Positions 36,859 through 47,949 of a DNA stretch of 64,000 bases are shown here, piece by piece. Both the position numbers and the translations under genes were made by a program. Location: the NCBI RefSeq assembly GCF_001194135.2, contig NC_068987.1:55340743-55404742 (forward strand), in the 5' to 3' direction. Source of the DNA: Octopus bimaculoides (lineage: Eukaryota). Each line of letters opens with the position of its first letter. Positions within the stretch are counted from its first letter, which is position 1. The notes below the pieces were generated by a model. That model did not search any database and was not told the origin of the DNA. It worked only from the letters and a program-made list of their open reading frames with translations.

Positions 36859-37580
36859 GGTACTATTCAAGAAAAGTGGTCCCGGTGCACGCACTCCTGA
36901 TCGTGACTAGTCGATTCTACGACTAACCACTGCGAGTACGCGTCATGCGCAAAACATGTATGAGGTTTTTCTCTAAACAAAGTAAATAATTTTTTTTAAA
37001 CAAAGTACCTGTTTTTGGTAAAGAGTCCATTAAATAGTCGGTCTTTCAAAATCTACTGTTGTTCAATGGTATCAATACATGAGGGACATTACAAGTAATT
37101 ATCTTTTGCGTAACCCCTACCAAATTGGTGGACTTGGGCACATCGTAGAAATAGATGAATCTATGATGTGCAAGCGCAAATACAACGGAGGATGGGATAG
37201 AGAGGATAAAAATAGGTTTTTAGTTTTTGTACCTAGCTGTTCTTCTGAAACTCTTTTACCACTTATTAAAAAATTTATCAAACCAGGGACGACTATATAT
37301 TCTGATTGTTGGAGTGCGTACAATGGTATTACTGAAATAGATGTGACACCAAAATACACCCTGGAAGACCGTAAAACGACATTTTAAGAGTAAGATGAGG
37401 AACAAAAAAAAAATTATTTACTTTGTTTTATTTTCTTTGTTTAAAAAAAAAAAAACCCTCATACATGTTTTGCGCATTCTCGCTAGATAGTCGTTGTAGG
37501 ATCGACTAGTCACGACTAGCTAGCGCGGATGCGCGAGTCTGCGAGTGCACGCACCGGGACCACTCTTCTTGAATAGTACC
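36859..37580 (+). mobile_element. Merlin (IS1016/ISXO2-like) DNA transposon, internally deleted
   Basis: TIRs GGTACTATTCAAGAA(A/G)AGTGGTCCCGGTGC; 9-bp TSD TTGTTTTTC on both sides; ORF 37079-37387 has IVEIDES...ETLLPLIKKFIKPGTTIYSDCWSAY. Confidence 0.93.
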
Positions 37581-38849
37581 TTGTTTTTCAACGATAATTT
37601 CTCTGAAGCTCCTACAATTGTTATTTATTTCTGTATTATCTTGTTTCGAAGAGCTTCTACAAGAACATCGGAATTCTTTGGTATTGTGTAATGTAATGTC
37701 TTGTAAGGAATCTTATCTGCTGGAAATTAGTATAGATATATTTTTTTTTATCTCGGTTATATATTTCCCGATGTTATATCGACGCTTGCCTTCGTATTTT
37801 AGATTCTCTTTCCAGCATGAATTATTTCTCTTGATTTTCTTCGCTTATTCGCTTAATAGCATTCGTGCGTTGAAAAAACAGATCCACATGAAGAAAACAA
37901 CACTAATATAGTTCTCTCTCCCCCTCTCTCTCTTTCATACACACACACAAGCACAAATACTAGTTACGAAGTAGTGTAGGTAAAGAGAAATAATTCCCAC
38001 TAGAACATATTTTCATGATGATGGTTGCGATAACGAAAACTGCGAAACTGGGTATTGCATTTCTTTTTATTCTACTTTGGAGGAAAGAAAAAGAAAAAAA
38101 AACAAATTAATTCTAGCGATTCGTCTTATTTGCTACTGTAATTACTACAGATAACTTGCTTTACGTTCTTGGGTTCAAATCCCGCTCTTGTCGACCAACC
38201 TTATTTCCTCTTCGCTTCCGGCGTCTTTAAAACGGAGACCACTCAAGTCGATATAATCAACTGTTACACTCGAACCATATTTTGTCTGTGCCTATGTTAA
38301 AGATCAATTACTGTAGATATTGTTAGGATTACTGCGGCATCTCACATCACTCTGAGTCACATATGAGATACAAGTTATATATTTCCCCCAGTCCTAATAG
38401 CAACACATTTTATATCGTATTGTGAATTGATTATGATTTGTTTTAATTAACCAAAATTATTATTCTAAGAGCGAATCAGGTGTAGATAATTACATTTACA
38501 CAAGTATATTACTGGTACCTCATTAATTTTTTCCAGACAAGGAAGACCATGTTATAGCTTTTATTTCAGAACCACGAAACACGGAATTAGATAAAATAAG
38601 GCAGCTAGTTTCGTTCTTCATTTGTTACATTTGTTACATATATCCATTCCGCCCAATTACTTGAGCTAATTCCACTACCATCAACTTGTTTGCTTATTTC
38701 CTCACAGTTATTAAAATAGTGTCAGTTGCTCGACCAGTCCTGTAGAACCTTCAGAAGCTGAAGTTTTTAGTGCATATGTAGAAATTACGTTTTTTAGTCC
38801 TTTAGCTTGTTTTGAGCAGATCACATTAAGCATTCTGAGTTAATGCTTG

Positions 38850-39125
38850 GAACATACAGCAGACAAAATAGAAAAAGTGTTGCTCTGGAGGATGGTGAGG
38901 GAGGTGTACTGGAACAGTCACTCTGACTCATGGAGCCTGAACTTGTGGACAGCCATCACCACCCTGATAATGGTGAACAAGGATATGTTCTGGGGGAGAT
39001 GGGGTGAGAATGCTGTAGGTTTCCACTGCCATAGGCTCAACCATAAATCTGTTGGAGTGTGACTGATACCTTGATAGTTTGCCTTTCTCAGCCTGATGAG
39101 CAGCGGAGCCTGGGCTGGTAGCTGA
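38850..39125 (-). mobile_element. CRE-like non-LTR retrotransposon RLE-domain fossil
   Basis: Minus frame PGSAAHQAEKGKLSRYQSHSNRFMVEPMAVETYSIL matches the AAxxAExxKxxKY...F.PxAVET pattern. Confidence 0.6.
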
Positions 39126-39423
39126 GGTTATTAAGCATGTTAGGTTTATATGTTATGGCTAATCTTGTTACCACACTGATTGTTCAAGTATGGAGTGGCT
39201 CAAAGGTTCCATAGGTTTGGAAAGATGCTATAGTGAAAAGAGAAAAGGTGTCAAGACCAACTATAGTGACATATATTATTTCTTAACTTCTAATTAGTTG
39301 GTGAGATATTCACCAGACCTTTATTGGATTGGCTGCAGGCATCCGGATGCTGTATCAGTGCCCCAGTGTCTCAATGTGAATTAGTGTACAGAAGTTGTTA
39401 TTGAAATTCCTCATATATATATA

Positions 39424-39480
<57 letters not shown>

Positions 39481-39482
<2 letters not shown>

Positions 39483-39800
39483 TTCATTGGACACTAAACT
39501 CTGCTTTCGAAGACCTTTTGGAGCAAGTGAAATTGTAATTGAACCATACTCGATGACTAGCACCTGTGCCAGTGGAGCACTAACAGCACTGTCCGAGCAT
39601 GTTCATTGCCAGAGCAGCTGTCTGGCTTCCGTGCTAGTGGCCCGCAAGTAGCACCATTTGAGCGTAATCGTTACCAGCGTTGCCTTCTAGCATTTGTGCT
39701 GGTGGCACGTTAGAAAATCATTTGAGTGAGGTTGTTGCCAGTGCCGCTGGACTGGCTCCCTTGCAGGTGGCACGTAAAAAGCACCCTTTTGAGCGTGTAT
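39481..39800 (+). mobile_element. RTE LINE 3' UTR fragment
   Basis: ccttcattggacactaaactctgc...gcacgtaaaaagcaccc; homologous to 44808-44885(-) and 1386-1630(-). Confidence 0.8.
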
Positions 39801-39829
39801 AATCCCTCACTGAATGCCTCTGTCAAATC

Positions 39830-40260
39830 TACAACTACTGCTTCCTCCCACTTCTCCGACCCAGATTAGTGGGTCTCTTCCCTGAGTCACATCCTGTTGA
39901 TATCTATTCGTCATTCCTTTCATCATCACTCACTATCCATATTTACCATTGACCACTCCACCTTTGTTTCTATCAATTTCTCAAATCTCCTCTCACATGT
40001 CTGCATCCTTAACCACCCTTCCTGATTCTTCTGTTTCCATTCTCATATTTTTATCTTCCTGGGGATGTTACCTTCAGGCTACATTCTGAGATCTCGTCAT
40101 CACCATATTTAGTTCTCCAACCACCTTAACCAATCCTTGTTAAATAACGAAGTAACTATGAATTTTTTCCAAGGCATTAAATCATTTCCAGTTCCTCCCA
40201 TCATGTATTAATCTCTCAGCATCTTGCATAAAGTGGCCACCCTATCTCCTATTCTCCCTC
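39830..40260 (-). mobile_element. Degenerate RTE-like C-terminal fragment
   Basis: Pyrimidine-rich plus strand; minus-strand remnants resemble the RTE C-terminus. Confidence 0.4.
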
Positions 40261-40590
40261 GGTCAAAGGGCTTTTTACTCTTGAGTGTAACAAGGTGACA
40301 TCAGGAAGTGCATCGAATCATAGAAACCATGCCAAATATGTGACACTGGAGTAAGACATAAGTCTTACAACATTTTCGATCCAGTCAAAATGTTTTGCCC
40401 ATGCAAACATGGAAATGAAATGTATAAATGATGATGGTGATGATGACGATATATATGTTTGTATACAGATATGAATATATATTGTGCGTATACATATAGT
40501 TAAAAAAAAGTAAAAGTGGAAACAGTATGAAGGTGTGTTTAAAGTTTTTTTTTTTCTATATTTGTTACTTTAAGTGATTTTTTTTTAATA

Positions 40591-40635
40591 AAATATTACC
40601 GGTTTCGACGTCTATGTTTATCTTATCAAATATTT
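40591..40635 (-). ncRNA. Minimal type I hammerhead ribozyme with U3-A8 core variant
   Basis: Minus strand: AAATAT-TTGATAA-GATAAACATAGACGTC-GAAA-CCGG-TA-ATATTT. Confidence 0.65.
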
Positions 40636-40748
40636 AAAATTCAAAGTCAAATATTTAAAATTCAAAGTTAAAAATTAGGAAATAAAAAAAGTTATTTTAT
40701 TTCCTAATTTTTGACTTTGAATTTTTACTATTTGATAAGGTGGACATA

Positions 40749-41145
40749 CTCTTTACTCTCTTTTACTCTTTTACTCATTTGACTGTGGCCATGCTGGAGC
40801 ACCGCCTTTGGTCGAGAAAATCGACCCCAGGACTATTCTTTGTAAGCCTAGTACTTATTCTATCGGTCTCTTTTTGCCGAACCGCTAAGTTACGGGGACG
40901 TAAACACACCAGCATCGGTTGTCAAGCGATGGTGGAGGGACAAACAGACACACACACACATATATATATACACATATATATACAATGGGCTTCTTTCAGT
41001 TTCTGTCTACCAAATCCACTCACAAGGCTTTGGTCGGCCCGAGGCTATAGTAGAAGACACTTGCCCATGGTGCCACACAGTGGGACTGAACCTAGAACTA
41101 TGTGGTTGGTAAGCAAGCTACTTACCACACAGCCACTCCTGTGCC
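40749..41145 (-). mobile_element. Full-length SINE family A
   Basis: ctctttactctc tail to ccacacagccactcctgtgcc head. Confidence 0.92.
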
Positions 41146-42038
41146 TCATCAAAATTGGTAATTTTTTTAATAAAAGTCACTTAATGTAACAACTATTTAA
41201 AAATCTTTAAACCTACTTTCATACTGTTTCCACGTTTACTTTTTAACTATAGCTTTTGATTTGTATGGATTCTTAACCCCTTTTCAACTAATATATATTT
41301 ATATAAACACACACTTATATACTCTGTGTGTGTGTAATCACACAATGTTTGTTTTGTTACTGATCCCCATTTTCTAATTCATTGTTTGTTTGTGGACAAT
41401 AGTATAGTTTTCCCTTTCAGAATGTATAAATATATTCTCTTAAAATGTTTGCTTTTAAGCATAATATCTGCTTGAAGTACAAATTTTCAAGCATTGTACT
41501 AAAACTTTAAGTATGATTTTCAGTAATCTGTTCAAAAAAAAAATCCTCTCTGTTTTTCTCTTGGTCTTTCATAAAGTATGATTACTAGATCTATGTCCAT
41601 TCATTCGGGGGATGTACAAATATCAACAAGGTTAAATTGTACCTGTTGCTTTATTTCTTCAAATCATCATCATCGTTTAATATGTGTTTTCCATGCTGAC
41701 ATGGGTCAGAGGGTTTGACAGGAGCTGGCATGCCAGGATACTGTGCCAAGTTCTACCATCTGCTTTGGCATAATTTCTAAGGCTGGATGTCCTTCCCCAA
41801 TGCCAACCTCTTGGGTGCTTTTTTATGTGACACTAACATCAGCAAGATCACTAAGTAACTTGCAAGACAAAGATTCCTCAGAGTGGGTGAAGTGTTGAGG
41901 AAGGAAACTTTGCGCCATGTGATGAGAGGTTAGATTAGAAGAGGGACAGAGACAGGTGTCTTGCTGTAGGGATGACATATGATTACTCCAGTCAGAGAGA
42001 GAGAGAGAGAGATGGTGGCAATGTGCCAGGGTGTATCC

Positions 42039-42260
42039 TTAATCCTTTAGCATTCAAATTAATTTATCAAATATAATGCTTGTTTAGCCATATTTTTTTT
42101 AAATTGTCATATATTGTCTTGAGCTTCAAAATTTTGAAGATATTGTTTATTTTTAGAATGGCATTGTAGGTTAGGTGTGAGTGGCTGGATCTGGCCAGTT
42201 TTAACCTAAAACGTAGAATATTTGGACCAGATATCGCCAGTTTAAATGCTAAAGGCTTAA
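42039..42260. mobile_element. piggyBac-like MITE
   Basis: TTAA-tcctttagcattca...taaatgctaaaggc-TTAA. Confidence 0.7.
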
Positions 42261-42390
42261 GGCACAAGGAATGTAAGAGGATTGGACAGAGTGGAGGAGT
42301 AGGGAGTTCATGAGAGTGCAAATGAAAAGAGAGGAGAAGAATGCAGTGAGTTGTGAAACACATGAATATAGGGGAGTACCAGGATAATAA

Positions 42391-43004
42391 GGATCTATTT
42401 TAAAACGGGGGCACCAGTTTTCATTTATGTTTTATGTAGTGTTTTTGGTACCGAAAGACTTTCAAACTTCGTATACTTATCTATTTTGTGTTATAGAACA
42501 GATAAAAATTTTTGTATTCAAATTTATTTCATGTAAAAAATTGTCTTATTTCAATAATTTCTACTAATCACTGACATCTATTCATTTGAAAACAGTTAGC
42601 TCTGTAACAGTGTATATCGTATTAAACCCCTAACCCTAACCCTAACTAGACTGTTAACCGTAACCGTAACCCTAACCCTAACTCTAGAATCCGAACTCTA
42701 AAATTGTTACACACATAGATACACACAGTGTAATTTATTATATAAACAATATATGCGTATAAATTACGATTAAACCGGATGAAATATGTCACAGGGAATA
42801 ACATTTTTATGACCGCCCAGCAGTAACTCTATTCAGCTGAATAGACGTCAGTGATTGGTTGAAATTACAGAAATACGACAACTTTAACATGGAATAACTT
42901 GCGATGTACGTTTTTTTGTTAAGAAGACTAAGAGTAAAAGATGTTTTATATGACACATTCTACCAGTGTCCCAAGTTTCAAAGTGTTTCGTTAGTGTTTC
43001 GTTA
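42391..43004. mobile_element. Foldback element with long imperfect TIRs and an internal (CCCTAA)n-like array
   Basis: taatttctactaatcactgacatcta (~42553) pairs with tagacgtcagtgattggttgaaatta (~42843); cctaaccctaacc arrays at 42628-42700; right end runs into an N gap. Confidence 0.7.
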
Positions 43005-43580
43005 NNNNNNNNNNNNNNNNNNNNNNNNNNNNNNNNNNNNNNNNNNNNNNNNNNNNNNNNNNNNNNNNNNNNNNNNNNNNNNNNNNNNNNNNNNNNNNNN
43101 NNNNNNNNNNNNNNNNNNNNNNNNNNNNNNNNNNNNNNNNNNNNNNNNNNNNNNNNNNNNNNNNNNNNNNNNNNNNNNNNNNNNNNNNNNNNNNNNNNNN
43201 NNNNNNNNNNNNNNNNNNNNNNNNNNNNNNNNNNNNNNNNNNNNNNNNNNNNNNNNNNNNNNNNNNNNNNNNNNNNNNNNNNNNNNNNNNNNNNNNNNNN
43301 NNNNNNNNNNNNNNNNNNNNNNNNNNNNNNNNNNNNNNNNNNNNNNNNNNNNNNNNNNNNNNNNNNNNNNNNNNNNNNNNNNNNNNNNNNNNNNNNNNNN
43401 NNNNNNNNNNNNNNNNNNNNNNNNNNNNNNNNNNNNNNNNNNNNNNNNNNNNNNNNNNNNNNNNNNNNNNNNNNNNNNNNNNNNNNNNNNNNNNNNNNNN
43501 NNNNNNNNNNNNNNNNNNNNNNNNNNNNNNNNNNNNNNNNNNNNNNNNNNNNNNNNNNNNNNNNNNNNNNNNNNNNNNNN

Positions 43581-43776
43581 TGATATACCCTCCAGCCTTC
43601 ATCAGGTGTCTTGGGGAAATTTTGAACCTGGATTCTCATTCCTAAGATATTTTTTGATGTTATTATTATTATCATTATTATTATTCAGGTCACTGCCTGG
43701 AATTGAACTCGGAATCTTGGGGGTTAGTAGCCCATGCTCTTAACCCCAAGATTCTGAGTTTGATTCCAGGCAGTGA

Positions 43777-43815
<39 letters not shown>
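43581..43815 (-). mobile_element. tRNA-headed short element with Penelope-like, HHR-core-containing tail and fold-back 5' end
   Basis: Minus strand: GGTTAAGAGC...CTACTAA...GAGTTCAATTCC, then (TAA)n, then GACAC-CTGATGA-A-GGCTG-GAGGGTATAT-CA before the gap; 43741-43812 is an inverted copy of the head. Confidence 0.7.
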
Positions 43816-43817
<2 letters not shown>

Positions 43818-43959
43818 TCATCCAAAGTTGTAGCAAGCAGGAAAACAGACAGTACATTAACCCCATCAGGAAAATGGTCCTGTTTGATATATAGAAGAGG
43901 TGTTGGCTGAAATTCCATACAGTGTACCCAGTGTAAACAATGGACACATAAGGGGTGCA

Positions 43960-44360
43960 GTGGAAACACTGGAATTTTAATAAAGTACACTTTGTTTGTA
44001 ACATATGCTCAGGAGTAATAAATACAACGAACACACAGGAAATAGGTTTACTGGAATGCCTTGGAGGATCCCTAGAGATAGTTGATAGTTTCTATTACCA
44101 AGTGACCCAATTAGCAATGGAAGGGGATGCTCTGCAAGTATAGTTGCTAGAATATGAACTGGCTGGAGAAAGTTTGGAGAGTTGTTGCCTCTGCTGGTAA
44201 GCGCTTAGAGTGAAATGCACATTGTATGATGCTTTTATATGGACAGCATTGCTACAGAGTAGTGAAACATTGGCTGTGAATGCAGACTAGAAAGAAGTGA
44301 AGCTGGCATGCTTTGCTTGATGTACAATGTCAGTGTGGATATTAAGAGAAAAATTAGATA
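43960..44360 (+). mobile_element. Degenerate RTE LINE RT/C-terminal fragment
   Basis: GSLEIVDSF...WRKF.ELLPL...LYDA...SETLAV...LERSEA.ML pattern. Confidence 0.7.
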
Positions 44361-44807
44361 TATATACATCTCATCATATATATATATATATATATATATT
44401 ATCATTCATATATGTGAGTGTATATATATANNNNNNNNNNNNNNNNNNNNNNNNNNNNNNNNNNNNNNNNNNNNNNNNNNNNNNNNNNNNNNNNNNNNNN
44501 NNNNNNNNNNNNNNNNNNNNNNNNNNNNNNNNNNNNNNNNNNNNNNNNNNNNNNNNNNNNNNNNNNNNNNNNNNNNNNNNNNNNNNNNNNNNNNNNNNNN
44601 NNNNNNNNNNNNNNNNNNNNNNNNNNNNNNNNNNNNNNNNNNNNNNNNNNNNNNNNNNNNNNNNNNNNNNNNNNNNNNNNNNNNNNNNNNNNNNNNNNNN
44701 NNNNNNNNNNNNNNNNNNNNNNNNNNNNNNNNNNNNNNNNNNNNNNNNNNNNNNNNNNNNNNNNNNNNNNNNNNNNNNNNNNNNNNNNNNNNNNNNNNNN
44801 NNNNNNN

Positions 44808-45030
44808 CGTTGAATTTGGTTCGATTTCGATTTCACTTGCCTCAACAAGTCTTTGCCAGCAGGGATTTGTGTCCAAAGAAGGAAAGGTACCCATTAGTGG
44901 GCTGGCTATACCCCTGGTAAAGGCAATGGGTTATGGTCTCACTTGTCTAGCCGGGTCTTCTCAGGCACAGCATATTTCCAAAGGTCTTGGTCACTAGTCA
45001 TTGCCTCGGTGAGGCCTAATGTTCGAAGTT
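44808..45030 (-). mobile_element. RTE LINE ORF end and 3' UTR start
   Basis: Reverse complement matches 25105-25197 (ggcctcaccgaggcaatgact...gagaagacccggc). Confidence 0.85.
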
Positions 45031-45056
45031 TGTATATATATCTCATCATATATATC

Positions 45057-45090
<34 letters not shown>

Positions 45091-45346
45091 ATCATTTAAT
45101 ATCTATTTTCCATTCTGGCATAGGTTGGATGGTTTGGCAGGAGTTGGCCAGCTGGAGAGCTGCCCAGCTCAATTTGTCTGTTTTGGCATGGTTTCTGTAG
45201 CTGAATGCTTCCTAATGCTAATGACTTTACAGAGTGTCCTGTTGGATGCTTTCTACATGGCACTGGCTTGGGTGCTTTATCATGGCACCAGCTTTTTATG
45301 TGGTGCTGGCAGAACTGTGCTTTTTACATGGTGCCAGTATACATAC

Positions 45347-45377
<31 letters not shown>

Positions 45378-45863
45378 AAATTTAATTTATATAAGGGCAT
45401 TACTATACAATAATGCCTCATGCTTAGAGGGACTCCATAAGTCAAAACTACCAAAATAAGCACATTTTTACCGATCACGAGGGAATGCAACTTTCAAATC
45501 AACATACCCTGATGTATTCAACACAGTACATAGACGATTGTTCATCCTTATATATCCATGAAAGAGACGGGCTTTTTAAGTTACACCGAAGTGTATATAT
45601 ATATATATATCTCAAAACACACCCACACACACACACACGCGCATTCACATACACACGCATACACAGTAATCATTTGCCGTATCGTAGTTCACCTCTCGCG
45701 CCGTCAGTACATTGTGGATTTTTCTGGCTAATATATGTAAATTTATATTGCGGACTATTCAGTATATCGTAGGTTTCTGCAGCCGATAGGTATTTATATT
45801 TTTTTAGATTGTAATTAGTTCTATGGTAAAATAAGCATTTTCATGTCTAAAAATTAATAAATA

Positions 45864-46021
45864 GGCACAGGAGTGGCTGTGTGGTAAGTACCTTGCTTAC
45901 CAACCACATGGTTCTGGGTTCAGTCCCACTGCGTGGCACCTTGGGCAAGTGTCTTCTATAGCCCTGGGCTGACCAAAGCCTTGTGAGTGGATTTGGTAGA
46001 CGGAAACTGAAAGAAGCCCAT

Positions 46022-46064
<43 letters not shown>

Positions 46065-46275
46065 CGTGTGTATATGTTCGTGTGTCTGTGTTTGTCCCCC
46101 CCAAACATCGTTTGACAACCGATGCTGGTGTGTTTACATCCCCGTAACGTAGCGGTTCGGCAAAAAGAGACCGATAGAATAAGTACTAGGCTTACAAAGA
46201 ATAAGTCCTGGGGTCGATTTGCTCGACTAAAGGCGGTGCTACAGCATGGCTGCAGTCAAATGACTGAAACAAGTA
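45864..46275 (+). mobile_element. Full-length SINE family A
   Basis: ggcacaggagtggctgtgtggtaag...internal (TA)n...gactgaaacaag. Confidence 0.92.
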
Positions 46276-46676
46276 TATAGAGAGAGAGACATTGTATAGT
46301 TGTAATACTGTTTATTAGAGGCCTATATTCAAAAACAATGTCTTCAAAATTAAATGGTCTCAGATGTTATGGAATAAAATGTATATTTTATCCTTTCATT
46401 GATTCACATTTAAACTTTTTTTTATATATATATCTAAAATATTAAAGTTTTCTGTTCTGCAAATCTGACTTGATTTATATATAAAGCCTGAATATATTTA
46501 AAATTCTATAAAAACTGACACCATTTTTTTTTTAAAAGTAAGATACCTGTATACTTTACATAAATATATTTAAGTGTGAACCAATGAGAGAATAAGTTTT
46601 CTATCTTCTATGGCATTTAAAACAGTGTACTAGGTTTTTAAAGATATTTTTTATACCAGGAATTTTAATAGCATAT

Positions 46677-46903
46677 TTAACCTTTTAGCATTTAAATCAG
46701 CCTTATCTGGCCCAAATATTCTTCTAGTTTCATCTTCAGACCAGCCAGATCCTGCTTCTCACACAGATACTACAATGTAATTCTAAAAAAAACAATCATA
46801 CCATCAAAATCCCAAAACTATGAAATAATGCATTATTAATTCAAAACAATGTGAATACATAAGTATTGCATTTAGCAGGTTAATCTGAACACTAAAGGGT
46901 TAA
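46677..46903. mobile_element. piggyBac-like MITE
   Basis: TTAA-ccttttagcatt...cactaaaggg-TTAA. Confidence 0.7.
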
Positions 46904-47314
46904 ATCCCAGACAGCTTCTGTACACTAATTTACATTGAGAGTCTGGGGCACCAGTGGAGCATACGGATGTCAGCAGCCAATTCAAAAAAAAAAAGGTTTG
47001 GTGAATATCTTACCAACAATTTGTAAATTAGAAAATATCTCAAAAGTCACTACAGTTGAACTTCACACTTTTTCTCATGTACAGTGAAATCACTATAGCA
47101 TCTCTCCATCCTATGGAACCATTGAGCCATTCTATACTTTAACAATTAGTATGGTCACAAGATCAACCATAAACATACATCTACACCATAAATGAGAACC
47201 TCAGCTAGTGTATCATCTGCTTCTGTAGGGTTCCCTGAGCTGATTTGTTTTATGTCAATTTTGCTTTCCTCTGTCAGAATTATTATCCATTTCTTCTATA
47301 TATTCCATTTTATA

Positions 47315-47688
47315 GTGGAGGCCCAGTAGTTAGGGCAGCGGACTCGCGGTTTCGATTCCCAGACCGGGCGTTGTGAGTGTTTATTGAGCGAAAACACCTA
47401 ACGCTTCACGAAGCTCCGGCAGGGGATGGTGGCGAACCCTGCTGTACTCTTTCACCACAACTTTCTCTCACTCTTACTTCCTGTCTCTGTTGTGCCTGTA
47501 ATTCAAAGGGTCAGCCTTGTCACACTGTGTCATGCTGAATATCCCCGAGAACTACGTTAAGGGTACACGTGTCTGTGGAGTACTCAGCCACTTGCACATT
47601 AATTTCACAAGCAGGCTGTTCCATTGATCGGATCAACTGGAACCCTCGACGTCATAAGTGACAGAGTGCCAACAACAGTGCTAACAAC
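47315..47688 (+). mobile_element. SINE family B with small head deletions
   Basis: Body matches 23734-24126; flanked by t(c/t)cattttata direct repeat. Confidence 0.9.
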
Positions 47689-47949
47689 ATTTCATTTTAT
47701 ACACATTTGAATATTTAAACATTCTCTAACTATTGAATTGGCTAAAGTCATACATTTTAAATATGATTAAAAGAAAATTTGAAACTTATTACTAAAAACT
47801 ATAAGCTAACTTTAAGCTTTATCAGAAAAAGCAACAAATCAGTATCACCTATAGCATACATCCATATCTCAGCTGGTATATCAAATATAAATAGGTTTAC
47901 CATTAAAACAGATCATCTTGCTATCCACCTCCCATCCCAGTTGCTGTGG

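Larger units (their letters stand above)
40495..41251. mobile_element. Inverted pair of Penelope-like terminal repeats (right arm split by a SINE)
   Basis: 40495-40686 is the reverse complement of 40693-40748 joined to 41146-41251; each arm carries an HHR-like segment. Confidence 0.65.
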
